In this document: one piece after another, positions 1-9,372 of the stretch
Layout: every line of letters starts with the position of its first letter
How positions within the stretch are numbered: position 1 is the first letter of the stretch
Source of the DNA: a virus
Lineage: Duplodnaviria; Heunggongvirae; Uroviricota; Caudoviricetes
IMG/VR virus record: IMGVR_UViG_2579778748_000002
Direction: 5' to 3' (one strand)
Length of the DNA: 50,752 nucleotides
Position numbers and translations under genes: made by a program
The notes under the pieces: model-generated
The model's input: the letters and a program-made list of their open reading frames with translations, nothing else
Database searches by the model: none
Told to the model about the DNA's origin: nothing

Positions 1-1284
1 TTACTTCTTCGCCTCTGCAACCACTTTGCTACCCACGCCGCGGTTATTGTATTCCCACATGCGGTTGTAGTTAGTGTCATTCAGATTGCGCTGTACTTCG
101 TCGTTATCATCAACGTTGCCAGTATTACCCGCAAACGGACGATTGGAAATCACCGCATCGGCCCACGGTTTCGCCGTGTTAAAACCTTCGTTGATGGCGC
201 TATCACGGATCACTACCTGACCGTTGGTATTGGCATCAACATCCAGCGAGCGGCCCAGTTGCGCCACGCCATCCCCGGAAGCATTGAAACGGCTGTTTAC
301 GGCGAGGAAACCGTAGTAAATGTTGGACAGCGTAGCCGGTGCAAACACATACGCTTCTTGCTGGGTACGGGAGTTCACCACGCGGAATTCGGTGTTATCG
401 AACACCACTGCGCCGCGACCAGAAACGATATCCACATCCCCTTCAATGTAGCTGTTAGTCACCAGGGTACGCGGCTGACGGTTGCTTTCCAGACGGTTTT
501 GCACACCGCTGTTGGTGACAAAGAAGGTATTCTGGCGACCGAGAATATTGACGTTATTGATCTGCACTTTGTCGCCATCAGTACGCAGTGCCACCGCCGG
601 ATGGTTACCCGCATCTACGCTATCGCCCAGTGTGTTTTCGATGGTCAGGTTTTGCAGTTGCAGGCCATTGTTTTGTGACCAGAAGACCGCAGAACAGAGC
701 ACGCCAATGCTGTCGCTGCGTTTGCTCTGGCAGCTATCGTACATATACCACGCTGGTTTACCCGGCATATATTTGCCGCGTGGGTTGACGTCGTGACGCC
801 AGTCGGCTGGGCTCATGCCCCCATCAAGGGAAAGCCCAATTTTCACATCAATCGGTTTTTCACCTGTACCGTACAGAGTAATTCCACCCGGAGCGGCAGG
901 GACATACACCGTTCCCTGATACTCACCAGGCATCACGGCAATATACTGGCGCTTGTTGGTACGCTTGATAATTGCCGCATCTACCGCCGCCTGAATCGTG
1001 GTATGCGTTACACCTTGAGTACCCGCCGGGCCGACAACAAAGTCAGGTTGTGCAGGCAGGGTAATCGGGGAAGGATTCCACGCTGCAGCACCTGGTGTCA
1101 GGGATGCAAAATAGTGTTGAGCATCGAAATTCTGCGCTTCTTTTGCCGACAGAATCGGGCGAGAAGAGGTACCAGGCGCGGTTTGATCAGAAGGACGTTG
1201 ATCGGGCGGTGTTGAGCTACAGGCGGTCAGCGTCACGCCAAAAGCCAATGCCAGCGCCAGACGGGAAACTGAAAATGTGTTCAC
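1..1284 (-). CDS. ybhC: YbhC-like outer-membrane lipoprotein (pectinesterase fold); host gene bordering att-lambda
   Basis: 427-aa ORF with lipoprotein-type signal (LTACSS); recalled as E. coli YbhC, the gene immediately left of attB-lambda. Confidence 0.85.
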   Translation of the reverse strand: MNTFSVSRLALALAFGVTLTACSSTPPDQRPSDQTAPGTSSRPILSAKEAQNFDAQHYFASLTPGAAAWNPSPITLPAQPDFVVGPAGTQGVTHTTIQAAVDAAIIKRTNKRQYIAVMPGEYQGTVYVPAAPGGITLYGTGEKPIDVKIGLSLDGGMSPADWRHDVNPRGKYMPGKPAWYMYDSCQSKRSDSIGVLCSAVFWSQNNGLQLQNLTIENTLGDSVDAGNHPAVALRTDGDKVQINNVNILGRQNTFFVTNSGVQNRLESNRQPRTLVTNSYIEGDVDIVSGRGAVVFDNTEFRVVNSRTQQEAYVFAPATLSNIYYGFLAVNSRFNASGDGVAQLGRSLDVDANTNGQVVIRDSAINEGFNTAKPWADAVISNRPFAGNTGNVDDNDEVQRNLNDTNYNRMWEYNNRGVGSKVVAEAKK

Positions 1285-1330
1285 AGGTTGCTCCGGGCTA
1301 TGAAATAGAAAAATGAATCCGTTGAAGCCT

Positions 1331-1345
1331 GCTTTTTTATACTAA
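1331..1345. other. attL: attL core (15-bp att overlap GCTTTTTTATACTAA) followed by phage P' arm with Int arm sites
   Basis: Exact lambda core sequence; downstream GTTGGCATTATAAAAAAGCATTGCTTATCAATTTGTTGCAACGAACAGGTCACTATCAGTCAAAATAAAATCATTATTTGATTTCAATTTTGTCCCACTCCC matches recalled lambda P' arm. Confidence 0.9.
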
Positions 1346-1418
1346 GTTGGCATTATAAAAAAGCATTGCTTATCAATTTGTTGCAACGAACAGGTCACTA
1401 TCAGTCAAAATAAAATCA

Positions 1419-2489
1419 TTATTTGATTTCAATTTTGTCCCACTCCCTGCCTCTGTCATCACGATACTGTGATGCCATGGTGTCCGACTTATGCCCGAGA
1501 AGATGTTGAGCAAACTTATCGCTTATCTGCTTCTCATAGAGTCTTGCAGACAAACTGCGCAACTCGTGAAAGGTAGGCGGATCCCCTTCGAAGGAAAGAC
1601 CTGATGCTTTTCGTGCGCGCATAAAATACCTTGATACTGTGCCGGATGAAAGCGGTTCACGACGAGTAGATGCAATTATGGTTTCTCCGTCAAGAATCTC
1701 TTTGCATTTATCAAGTGTTTCCTTCATTGATATTCCGAGAGCATCAACATGCAATGCTGTTGGGATGGCAATTTTTACGCCTGTTTTGCTTTGCTCGACA
1801 TAAAGATATCCATCTACGATATCAGACCACTTCATTTCGCATAAATCACCAACTCGTTGCCCGGTAACAACAGCCAGTTCCATTGCAAGTCTGAGCCAAC
1901 ATGGTGATGATTCTGCTGCTTGATAAATTTTCAGGTATTCGTCAGCCGTAAGTCTTGATCTCCTTACCTCTGATTTTGCTGCGCGAGTGGCAGCGACAGG
2001 GTTTGTTGTTATATGGCCTTCAGCTATTGCCTCTCGGAATGCATCGCTCAGTGTTGATCTGATTAACTTGGCTGACGCCGCCTTGCCCTCGTCTATGTAT
2101 CCATTGAGCATTGCCGCAATTTCTTTTGTGGTGATGTCTTCAAGTGGAGCATCAGGCAGCCCCCTCCTTATTGCTTTAATTTTGCTCATGTAATTTATGA
2201 GTGTCTTCTGCTTGATTCCTCTGCTGGCCAGGATTTTTTCGTAGCGATCAAGCCATGAATGTAACGTAACGGAATTATCACTGTTGATTCTCGCTGTCAG
2301 AGGCTTGTGTTTGTGTCCTGAAAATAACTCAATGTTGGCCTGTATGGCTTCAGTGATTGCGATTCGCCTGTCTCTGCCTAATCCAAACTCTTTACCCGTC
2401 CTTGGGTCCCTGTAGCAGTAATATCCATTGTTTCTTATATAAAGGTTAGGGGGTAAATCCCGGCGCTCATGACTTCGCCTTCTTCCCAT
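1419..2489 (-). CDS. int: Integrase (tyrosine recombinase), lambda Int
   Basis: 356 aa; sequence matches recalled lambda Int (MGRRRSHERRDLPPNLYIRNNGYYCYRDPRTGKEF...). Confidence 0.97.
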   Translation of the reverse strand: MGRRRSHERRDLPPNLYIRNNGYYCYRDPRTGKEFGLGRDRRIAITEAIQANIELFSGHKHKPLTARINSDNSVTLHSWLDRYEKILASRGIKQKTLINYMSKIKAIRRGLPDAPLEDITTKEIAAMLNGYIDEGKAASAKLIRSTLSDAFREAIAEGHITTNPVAATRAAKSEVRRSRLTADEYLKIYQAAESSPCWLRLAMELAVVTGQRVGDLCEMKWSDIVDGYLYVEQSKTGVKIAIPTALHVDALGISMKETLDKCKEILDGETIIASTRREPLSSGTVSRYFMRARKASGLSFEGDPPTFHELRSLSARLYEKQISDKFAQHLLGHKSDTMASQYRDDRGREWDKIEIK

Positions 2490-2685
2490 TTCTGATCCTC
2501 TTCAAAAGGCTACCTGTTACTGGTCGATTTAAGTCAACCTTTACCGCTGATTCGTGGAACAGATATTCTCTTCCATCCTTAACCGGAGGAGGGAATATCC
2601 TGCATTCGCGCACCCATCGACGAACTGTTTCAAGGCTTCTTGGGCGTCGCTGGCGTGCGTTCCACTCCTGAAGTGTCAAGTACAT
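2467..2685 (-). CDS. xis: Excisionase, lambda Xis
   Basis: 72 aa MYLTLQEWNARQRRPRSLETVRRWVRECRIFPPPVKDGREYLF...; overlaps int start as in lambda. Confidence 0.95.
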   Translation of the reverse strand: MYLTLQEWNARQRRPRSLETVRRWVRECRIFPPPVKDGREYLFHESAVKVDLNRPVTGSLLKRIRNGKKAKS

Positions 2686-2712
2686 CGCAAAGTCTCCGCA
2701 ATTACACGCAAG

Positions 2713-2732
2713 AAAAAACCGCCATCAGGCGG
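2713..2732 (-). terminator. Putative intrinsic terminator (minus strand) just upstream of xis
   Basis: Hairpin CCGCC-ATCA-GGCGG preceded on plus strand by A6, i.e. hairpin plus U-run on minus strand. Confidence 0.45.
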
Positions 2733-2892
2733 CTTGGTGTTCTTTCAGTTCTTCAATTCGAATATTGGTTATGTCTGCATGTGCTATCTGCGCCCATATC
2801 ATCCAGTGGTCGTAGCAGTCGTTGATGTTCTCCGCTTCGATAACTCTGTTGAATGGCTCTCCATTCCATTCTCCTGTGACTCGGAAGTGCAT
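2725..2892 (-). CDS. Hypothetical small protein (55 aa), stop codon inside the terminator loop; possibly part of a frameshifted gene
   Basis: Hand-translated ORF MHFRVTGEWNGEPFNRVIEAENINDCYDHWMIWAQIAHADITNIRIEELKEHQAA, below the 60-aa track cut-off; overlaps the 2799..2984 minus-strand ORF in another frame. Confidence 0.25.
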   Translation of the reverse strand: MHFRVTGEWNGEPFNRVIEAENINDCYDHWMIWAQIAHADITNIRIEELKEHQAA

Positions 2893-3134
2893 TTATCATC
2901 GCCATAAAACAAAACCCGCCGTAGCGAGTTCAGATAAAAGAAATCCTCGTCAGTGCGAGGATGCTGTTCATTGCTGCTATACACTTTTTTGCTCTCAACG
3001 TAAGCGGTAGCCCATTCTGTTGGGTTGGTGCAGTTGCTTTTAGGAAATGCTATTTACCCCTTAAATGTCGGCTGAAAGAGCTAAAATCCATGCAAAAAAT
3101 TTACGCAATTTTGTGTATTATTGTGCAGTAAGTA

Positions 3135-3737
3135 ATGAGCTATTTTCTGCGCAAAAAATGGATGGTAAATTTGTCCGGGTCAGGAAAAATTTTATGGGCG
3201 CTAAACATGAAAAAAGATTCGTATCCTTATTTGATTTGCATGACAGTTTCAGGGCTGATCTTTATTTTCCTTTTCTTCTGGTGGCGGGCAGATATCTACA
3301 GGGTCACGTTTCTTAATCAGAGTATATCCCACTATTACATTCTGTTTAGCATGGGAATAGCTTTTCTGTTATCTCTGTTTTGGGTTAAGAAGGGGATAGT
3401 AAAACAAAGAGGCTGGAAGAGTCTGTCAGCATACCTTAAGGTTTATGCAGGGATGTGCATATTTGCAGGATTTTTTCTGATTATACCCCTTACGACACTA
3501 ACTTATTTTTTGCCTGGAGAGACATCGTCTTATGTTGCACCGTATCGGTATACTTCCGGTAGTTCAAAAAGTTGTTCTGGAGCTGAGGTGGATGACCCCG
3601 ATCTACATGAGAATATTCGCATTTGCTATCCGTATGGCAATTATGAGTACGATAATATTATCTATGTTGAAAAGAAAATTAATATATTAGGTGCGGTAGT
3701 GACATATGCACAGACCGCGCGTGATGATACTGAATGA
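3135..3737 (+). CDS. Hypothetical polytopic membrane protein (about 4 predicted TM helices), AT-rich moron opposite to the pL operon
   Basis: 200-aa ORF with hydrophobic segments (LICMTVSGLIFIFLFFWW; ILFSMGIAFLLSLFWV; MCIFAGFFLIIPLTTLTYF); visibly AT-rich; start could also be the internal ATG near 3207. Confidence 0.55.
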   Translation: MSYFLRKKWMVNLSGSGKILWALNMKKDSYPYLICMTVSGLIFIFLFFWWRADIYRVTFLNQSISHYYILFSMGIAFLLSLFWVKKGIVKQRGWKSLSAYLKVYAGMCIFAGFFLIIPLTTLTYFLPGETSSYVAPYRYTSGSSKSCSGAEVDDPDLHENIRICYPYGNYEYDNIIYVEKKINILGAVVTYAQTARDDTE

Positions 3738-3947
3738 TATAGTATATAGCGGGCAAGTTTTAGTTAATTTATCGAGGTAATATAATTTACCTCGACTCGT
3801 TTGTTCTGGTATTAATATTTCGCTTTACGACCGATTTTTATCTGATGATATCATGCGGTTTTCATATACTGACTTACTGTCTTTTCTCCGTTAGCGATTT
3901 TCTCCTGCTCAGCGATGATTTTATCTTTGGCTTCTAGTTAATTTCGC

Positions 3948-4169
3948 TCACTTCGAACCTCTCTGTTTACTGATAAGCTCCAGATCCTCCTGGCAACTTG
4001 CACAAGTCCGACAACCCTGAACGACCAGGCGTCTTCGTTCATCTATCGGATCGCCACACTCACAACAATGAGTGGCAGATATAGCCTGGTGGTTCAGGCG
4101 GCGCATTTTTATTGCTGTGTTGCGCTGTAATTCTTCAATTTCTGATGCTGAATCAATGATGTCTGCCAT
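3948..4169 (-). CDS. TraR/DksA-family C4 zinc-finger protein
   Basis: 73 aa with CxxC-x17-CxxC (CCECGDPIDERRRLVVQGCRTCASC), typical of phage TraR-like proteins. Confidence 0.75.
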   Translation of the reverse strand: MADIIDSASEIEELQRNTAIKMRRLNHQAISATHCCECGDPIDERRRLVVQGCRTCASCQEDLELISKQRGSK

Positions 4170-4220
4170 CTTCCATTAATCCCTGAATTGTTGGTTAATA
4201 CGCTTGAGGGTGAATGCGAA

Positions 4221-4246
4221 TAATAAAAAAGGAGCCTGTAGCTCCC
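4221..4246 (-). terminator. Intrinsic terminator (minus strand) downstream of the 103-aa gene
   Basis: Hairpin GGAGC-CTGTA-GCTCC preceded on plus strand by an A-run (U-run on minus). Confidence 0.55.
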
Positions 4247-4267
4247 TGATGATTTTGCTTTTCATGT

Positions 4268-4579
4268 TCATCGTTCCTTAAAGACGCCGTTTAACATGCC
4301 GATTGCCAGGCTTAAATGAGTCGGTGTGAATCCCATCAGCGTTACCGTTTCGCGGTGCTTCTTCAGTACGCTACGGCAAATGTCATCGACGTTTTTATCC
4401 GGAAACTGCTGTCTGGCTTTTTTGATTTCAGAATTAGCCTGACGGGCAATGCTGCGAAGGGCGTTTTCCTGCTGAGGTGTCATTGAACAAGTCCCATGTC
4501 GGCAAGCATAAGCACACAGAATATGAAGCCCGCTGCCAGAAAAATGCATTCCGTGGTTGTCATACCTGGTCTCTCTCAT
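4268..4579 (-). CDS. Hypothetical protein at the lambda orf61 position (103-aa ORF; alternative start at 4483 gives 71 aa)
   Basis: Overlaps orf63 stop by 20 nt exactly as lambda orf61 does, but is longer than the recalled 61-aa lambda gene. Confidence 0.5.
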   Translation of the reverse strand: MRETRYDNHGMHFSGSGLHILCAYACRHGTCSMTPQQENALRSIARQANSEIKKARQQFPDKNVDDICRSVLKKHRETVTLMGFTPTHLSLAIGMLNGVFKER

Positions 4580-4751
4580 CTGCTTCTGCTTTCGCCACCA
4601 TCATTTCCAGCTTTTGTGAAAGGGATGCGGCTAACGTATGAAATTCTTCGTCTGTTTCTACTGGTATTGGCACAAACCTGACTCCAATTTGAGCGAGGCT
4701 ATGTGCCATCTCGATACTCGTTCTTAACTCAACGGGAGATGCTTTGTGCAT
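4560..4751 (-). CDS. orf63: Lambda Orf63-like small protein
   Basis: 63 aa; position, length and 28-nt overlap with orf60a match recalled lambda layout. Confidence 0.65.
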   Translation of the reverse strand: MHKASPVELRTSIEMAHSLAQIGVRFVPIPVETDEEFHTLAASLSQKLEMMVAKAEADERDQV

Positions 4752-4906
4752 ACAGCTCCCCGTTTATTATTTATCTCCTCAGCCAGCCGCTGTGCTTTCA
4801 GGGGATTTCGGATAACAGAAAGGCCGGGAAATACCCAGCCTCGCTTCGTAACGGAGTAGACGAAAGTGATCGTGCCTACGCGGATATTATCGTGAGGATG
4901 TTTCAT
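4724..4906 (-). CDS. orf60a: Lambda Orf60a-like small protein
   Basis: 60 aa from internal ATG; ATGA overlap with exo stop as in lambda. Confidence 0.65.
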   Translation of the reverse strand: MKHPHDNIRVGTITFVYSVTKRGWVFPGLSVIRNPLKAQRLAEEINNKRGAVCTKHLPLS

Positions 4907-5583
4907 CGCCATTGCTCCCCAAATACAAAACCAATTTCAGCCAGTGCCTCGTCCATTTTTTCGATGAACTCCGGCACCATCTCGTCAAAACTCGCTATAT
5001 ACTTTTCATTCCGCTCAATCACGACATAATGCAGGCCTTCACGCTTCATGCGCGGGTCATAGTTGGCAAAGTACCAGGCATCTTTTCGCGTCACCCACAT
5101 GCTGTACTGCACCTGGGCCATGTAAGCCGACTTTATGGCCTCGAAACCACCGAGCCGGAATTTCATGAAATCCCGGGAGGTAAACGGGCATTTCAGCTCA
5201 AGGCCATTGCCGTCACTGCATAAACCATCGGGAGAGCAGGCGGTGCGCATACTTTCGTCGCGATAGATGATCGGGGATTCAATAACATTTACGCCGGAAG
5301 TGAACTCAAACAGAGTTCTGGCGTCGTTCTCGTACTGTTTTCCCCATGCCAGCGCCTTAGCATTAACTTCCGGAGCCACACCGGTGCAAACCTCAGCCAG
5401 CAGGGTGTGGAAGTAGGACATTTTCATGTCAGGCCACTTCTTTCCTGAGCGGGGCTTGGCTATCACGTTGTGAACTTCTGAAGCGGTGATGACGCCGAGC
5501 CGTAATTTGTGCCATGCATCATCCCCCTGTTCGACAGCTCTCACGTCGATCCCGGTACGCTGCAGGATAATGTCCGGTGTCAT
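4903..5583 (-). CDS. exo: Lambda exonuclease (Red-alpha)
   Basis: 226 aa, near-identical to recalled lambda Exo ([50 protein letters not shown]...). Confidence 0.97.
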   Translation of the reverse strand: MTPDIILQRTGIDVRAVEQGDDAWHKLRLGVITASEVHNVIAKPRSGKKWPDMKMSYFHTLLAEVCTGVAPEVNAKALAWGKQYENDARTLFEFTSGVNVIESPIIYRDESMRTACSPDGLCSDGNGLELKCPFTSRDFMKFRLGGFEAIKSAYMAQVQYSMWVTRKDAWYFANYDPRMKREGLHYVVIERNEKYIASFDEMVPEFIEKMDEALAEIGFVFGEQWR

Positions 5584-6365
5584 GCTGCCACCTTCTGCTC
5601 AGTGGCTTTCTGTTTCAGGAATCCAAGAGCTTTCACTGCTTCGGCCTGTGTCAGTTCTGACGATGCGCGAATGTCGCGGCGAAATATCTGGGAACAGAGC
5701 GGCAATAAGTCGTCATTCCATGTTTTATCCAGGGCGATCAGCAGAGTGTTAATCTCCTGCATGGTTTCATCGTTAACCGGAGTGATGTCGCGTTCCGGCT
5801 GACGTTCTGCAGTGTATGCGGTATTTTCGACAATGCGCTCGGCTTCATCCTTGTCATAGATACCAGCAAATCCGAAGGCGAGACGGGCACACTGAATCAT
5901 GGCTTTATGCCGTAACATCCGTTTGGGATGCGACTGCCACGGCCCCGTGATTTCTCTGCCTTCGCGGGTTTTGAATGGTTCGCGGCGGCATTCATCCATC
6001 CATTCGGTAACGCAGATCGGATGATTGCGGTCTTTGCGGTAAATCCGGCATGTGCAGGATTCGTTGTCCTGTTCAAAGTCCATGCCGTCAAACTGCTGGT
6101 TTTCGTTGATGATGCGGGACCAGCCATCAACGCCCACCACCGGAACGATGCCGTTCTGCTTATCAGGGAAGGCGTAAATTTCTTTCGTCCACGGATTAAG
6201 ACCGTACTGGTTGGCGACGATCAGCAATGCGATGAACTGCGCATCGCTGGCATCACCTTTAAATGCCGTCTGGCGAAGAGTGGTGATCAGTTCCTGTGGG
6301 TCGACAGAATCCATGCCGACACGTTCAGCCAGCTTCCCAGCCAGCGTTGCGAGTGCTGTACTCAT
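5580..6365 (-). CDS. bet: Recombination protein Bet (Red-beta)
   Basis: 261 aa matching recalled lambda Bet ([50 protein letters not shown]...). Confidence 0.97.
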   Translation of the reverse strand: MSTALATLAGKLAERVGMDSVDPQELITTLRQTAFKGDASDAQFIALLIVANQYGLNPWTKEIYAFPDKQNGIVPVVGVDGWSRIINENQQFDGMDFEQDNESCTCRIYRKDRNHPICVTEWMDECRREPFKTREGREITGPWQSHPKRMLRHKAMIQCARLAFGFAGIYDKDEAERIVENTAYTAERQPERDITPVNDETMQEINTLLIALDKTWNDDLLPLCSQIFRRDIRASSELTQAEAVKALGFLKQKATEQKVAA

Positions 6366-6370
6366 CCGTT

Positions 6371-6787
6371 TTATACCTCTGAATCAATATCAACCTGATG
6401 GTGAGCAATGGTTTCAACCATGTACCGGATGTGTTCTGCCATGCGCTCCTGAAACTCAACATCGTTATCAAACGCACGGGTAATGGCTTTTTTGCTGGCC
6501 CCGTGGCGTTGCAAATGATCGATGCATAGCGATTCAAACAGGTGCTGGGGCAGGCCTTTTTCCATGTCGTCTGCCAGTTCTGCCTCTTTCTCTTCACGGG
6601 CGATCTGCTGGTAGTGACGCGCCCAGCTCTGAGCCTCAAGACGATCCTGAATGTAATAAGCGTTCATGGCTGAACTCCTGAAATAGCTGTGAAAATATCG
6701 CCCGCGAAATGCCGGGCTGATTAGGAAAACAGGAAAGGGGGTTAGTGAATGCTTTTGCTTGATCTCAGTTTCAGTATTAATATCCAT
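6371..6787 (-). CDS. gam: Gam, RecBCD inhibitor
   Basis: 138 aa matching recalled lambda Gam ([61 protein letters not shown]...). Confidence 0.97.
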   Translation of the reverse strand: MDINTETEIKQKHSLTPFPVFLISPAFRGRYFHSYFRSSAMNAYYIQDRLEAQSWARHYQQIAREEKEAELADDMEKGLPQHLFESLCIDHLQRHGASKKAITRAFDNDVEFQERMAEHIRYMVETIAHHQVDIDSEV

Positions 6788-6885
6788 TTTTTATAAGCGT
6801 CGACGGCTTCACGAAACATCTTTTCATCGCCAATAAAAGTGGCGATAGTGAATTTAGTCTGGATAGCCATAAGTGTTTGATCCAT
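6742..6885 (-). CDS. kil: Kil, host-killing FtsZ inhibitor
   Basis: 47 aa [47 protein letters not shown] from internal ATG of the 89-aa ORF; overlaps gam as in lambda. Confidence 0.9.
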   Translation of the reverse strand: MDQTLMAIQTKFTIATFIGDEKMFREAVDAYKKWILILKLRSSKSIH

Positions 6886-7018
6886 TCTTTGGGACTCCTG
6901 GCTGATTAAGTATGTCGATAAGGCGTTTCCATCCGTCACGTAATTTACGGGTAATTCGTTCAAGTAAAGATTCGGAAGGGCAGCCAGCAACAGGCCACCC
7001 TGCAATGGCATATTGCAT
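6854..7018 (-). CDS. cIII: CIII, FtsH protease inhibitor
   Basis: 54 aa [54 protein letters not shown] from internal ATG. Confidence 0.93.
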   Translation of the reverse strand: MQYAIAGWPVAGCPSESLLERITRKLRDGWKRLIDILNQPGVPKNGSNTYGYPD

Positions 7019-7090
7019 GGTGTGCTCCTTATTTATACATAACGAAAAACGCCTCGAGTGAAGCGTTATTGGTATACGGTAAAGCCGCAC

Positions 7091-7384
7091 TCAGGCGGCC
7101 TTGATAGTCATATCATCTGAATCAAATATTCCTGATGTATCGATATCGGTAATTCTTATTCCTTCGCTACCATCCATTGGAGGCCATCCTTCCTGACCAT
7201 TTCCATCATTCCAGTCGAACTCATACACAACACCATATGCATTTAAGTCGCTTGAAATTGCTATAAGCAGAGCATGTTGCGCCAGCATGATTAATACAGC
7301 ATTTAATACAGAGCCGTGTTTATTGAGTCGGTATTCAGAGTCTGACCAGAAATTATTAATCTGGTGAAGTTTTTCCTCTGTCAT
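7091..7384 (-). CDS. ea10: Ea10-position protein (97 aa from first ATG)
   Basis: Located between cIII and ral as lambda ea10; in-frame 25-codon upstream extension begins with ATA (see findings). Confidence 0.6.
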   Translation of the reverse strand: MTEEKLHQINNFWSDSEYRLNKHGSVLNAVLIMLAQHALLIAISSDLNAYGVVYEFDWNDGNGQEGWPPMDGSEGIRITDIDTSGIFDSDDMTIKAA

Positions 7385-7641
7385 TACGTCATGGTCGATT
7401 TCAATTTCTATTGATGCTTTCCAGTCGTAATCAATGATGTATTTTTTGATGTTTGATATCTATTCATATCCTCACAGATAAAAAATCGCCCTCACATTGG
7501 AGGGCAAAGAAGATTTCCAATAATCAGAACAAGTCGGCTCCTGTTTAGTTACGAGCGACATTGCTCCGTGTATTCACTCGTTGGAATGAATACACAGTGC
7601 AGTGTTTATTCTGTTATTTATGCCAAAAATAAAGGCCACTA

Positions 7642-7842
7642 TCAGGCAGCTTTGTTGTTCTGTTTACCAAGTTCTCTGGCAATCATTGCCGTCGCTCGTA
7701 TTGCCCATTTATCGACATATTTCCCATCTTCCATTACAGGAAACATTTCTTCAGGCTTAACCATGCATTCCGATTGCAGCTTGCATCCATTGCATCGCTT
7801 GAATTGTCCACACCATTGATTTTTATCAATAGTCGTAGTCAT
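7642..7842 (-). CDS. ral: Ral, restriction alleviation protein
   Basis: 66 aa MTTTIDKNQWCGQFKRCNGCKLQSECMVKPEEMFPVMEDGKYVDKWAIR... matches recalled lambda Ral. Confidence 0.95.
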   Translation of the reverse strand: MTTTIDKNQWCGQFKRCNGCKLQSECMVKPEEMFPVMEDGKYVDKWAIRATAMIARELGKQNNKAA

Positions 7843-7912
7843 AAGGATAGTCCTGGTATTGTTCCATCACATCCTGGGGATGCTCTTCGAACTCTTCAAA
7901 TTCTTCTTCCAT
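7826..7912 (-). CDS. orf28: Lambda orf28-like small ORF overlapping ral start
   Basis: Hand-translated 28-aa ORF MEEEFEEFEEHPQDVMEQYQDYPYDYDY; 17-nt overlap with ral start matches recalled lambda orf28 layout. Confidence 0.55.
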   Translation of the reverse strand: MEEEFEEFEEHPQDVMEQYQDYPYDYDY

Positions 7913-8055
7913 ATATCACCTTAAATAGTGGATTGCGGTAGTAAAGATTGTGCCTGTCTTTTAACCACATCAGGCTCGGTGGTTCTCGTGTACCCCTACA
8001 GCGAGAAATCGGATAAACTCTATTCACCCCTACAGAGAGCAAAAGAGAAACGCCG

Positions 8056-8637
8056 ATGAACAACTCATGGTGGCAGGAACTAATGCATTTTTTCCTGCAA
8101 GGAATGACACTTAAACAGTTGATTCATATGCTAATCATCCTGATCATATTGATTATTGTTATGCCGGTAAGCGTAAAAGAATGGATAAACCTGCATAATC
8201 CAGAAATCCTTCCTCATTACTGGATGTATTACATCCTGTTGTTTTGCGTTAGCTATGTGCTTAACGGCGTTGTTAATTCCGCTTATCACGCTGTGACTGA
8301 AAGAATTGAGGTATTCGTTGCTCAGAAGCGCAAATCTAAAGAAGAAAAATATGTGCAAGATTTGTTTGATTCGTTAACTCTTGGAGAAAGAGCGTATTTG
8401 GCATTCGCTGTAGCCGCTAATAACCAGCTACAAACGGAAAAGGGAGCTCATGAATCAATTTCATTGCTCAAAAAAGGACTCCTCGTTCGAAGGCCTCCTG
8501 CTGTTGGATATCCTGATACCGACCGTTTTGTTATTCCTGAAAGCTATAGACATGAGTGCTACATTCGGTTTGCCGGGAAGGCAGACAGCCTTATGGATGA
8601 ACTTATCGCTCAGGATAAGCATGGCAAAAACAAGTAA
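8056..8637 (+). CDS. sieB: SieB superinfection exclusion protein
   Basis: 193-aa membrane protein on plus strand between ral and N, as lambda sieB; N-terminus MNNSWWQEL. Confidence 0.85.
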   Translation: MNNSWWQELMHFFLQGMTLKQLIHMLIILIILIIVMPVSVKEWINLHNPEILPHYWMYYILLFCVSYVLNGVVNSAYHAVTERIEVFVAQKRKSKEEKYVQDLFDSLTLGERAYLAFAVAANNQLQTEKGAHESISLLKKGLLVRRPPAVGYPDTDRFVIPESYRHECYIRFAGKADSLMDELIAQDKHGKNK

Positions 8638-8653
8638 TTAGCAAATGAATTTA

Positions 8654-8962
8654 TCATCTCGCCGTCAGTTGTTTTGATTTCCGGTAGCCTGCCGCGTAAA
8701 TAGCTACGTTTGGCAGGCAAACACTTCCACTGCATTCATCTACTTTCTTGCAGCGAAGGCTTCCGAGTGATATTGCTTTTTCAGAAAGGCTTAACCGCTT
8801 TCTCGGGTCTTCCTGAACAGGTTCCTCACTGTCTGTGCCGAAGATCGAATCGATGATGTTGCAGATGGAATCACGCTCGATGGCCAGCTTTCTGCGCCGC
8901 TCATGACGGCGAGTTTTGGCATTTCCTGCAAATGTTGATTTTCCGTACACGATTACCGTCAT
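8654..8962 (-). CDS. N: N antiterminator with P22-type arginine-rich motif
   Basis: From internal ATG: MTVIVYGKSTFAGNAKTRRHERRRKLAIER...; the ARM GNAKTRRHERRRKLAIER matches the recalled P22 N boxB-binding peptide, not lambda N. Confidence 0.85.
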   Translation of the reverse strand: MTVIVYGKSTFAGNAKTRRHERRRKLAIERDSICNIIDSIFGTDSEEPVQEDPRKRLSLSEKAISLGSLRCKKVDECSGSVCLPNVAIYAAGYRKSKQLTAR

Positions 8963-9080
8963 GATGTTTTCCTCATGTGAAATGGCTTTGGTGGTGATGC
9001 GCCAGATGCTGATCTTCTGGTTGCTGTCGTTACTGCTGCAATTCACATCACCCCAAACCCATCTCGTTTGGTATCTGTTC

Positions 9081-9114
9081 GCGCTTTGTCAGCGCATCAT
9101 CGAAGTTAAAGAGC
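9081..9114 (-). promoter_or_regulatory. nutL: nutL: boxA (GCTCTTTAA) and P22-type boxB (GCGCTGACAAAGCGC), read on minus strand
   Basis: Exact match to recalled P22 boxBL hairpin; boxA-like sequence 10 nt upstream; lies between the pL region and N. Confidence 0.8.
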
Positions 9115-9372
9115 CTGCCAATCTGTTCCGTTTGGCTGCCAGCGTCCTGCTGATGGCGATGATAATGAACCAATAGTTCGATATTATCAAGAACTATAAG
9201 TACGAATTGTTTGTGGTTCATTAACTTAATGAGATATGTTTTTGATATGTAAAGGAATTTATTTTTGTAAAGATTGAAGATTGGTCAGTAGGAGAGAAAG
9301 AATTGTTTGCTGGCGTGTTAGTTCGTGGGTTAGCACATGTGCGGATGTTAAATAAGGTAGACGATCGTGAGG

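Noticed and set aside
259..1316. Plus-strand ORFs 259-678, 482-796, 588-788, 793-1215 and 1095-1316
   Set aside because: Antisense within the ybhC coding region, which is a complete, recognisable 427-aa gene on the minus strand.
2554..3010. Plus-strand ORFs 2554-2907, 2640-2825 and 2822-3010
   Set aside because: Overlap xis and the upstream leader on the opposite strand; no start signals; likely chance ORFs.
8963..9046. N-terminal extension of the N ORF (130-aa track ORF versus 102-aa call)
   Set aside because: The P22-type ARM numbering and gene organisation fit the internal ATG at 8962; the extension would place the start close to nutL and has no SD.
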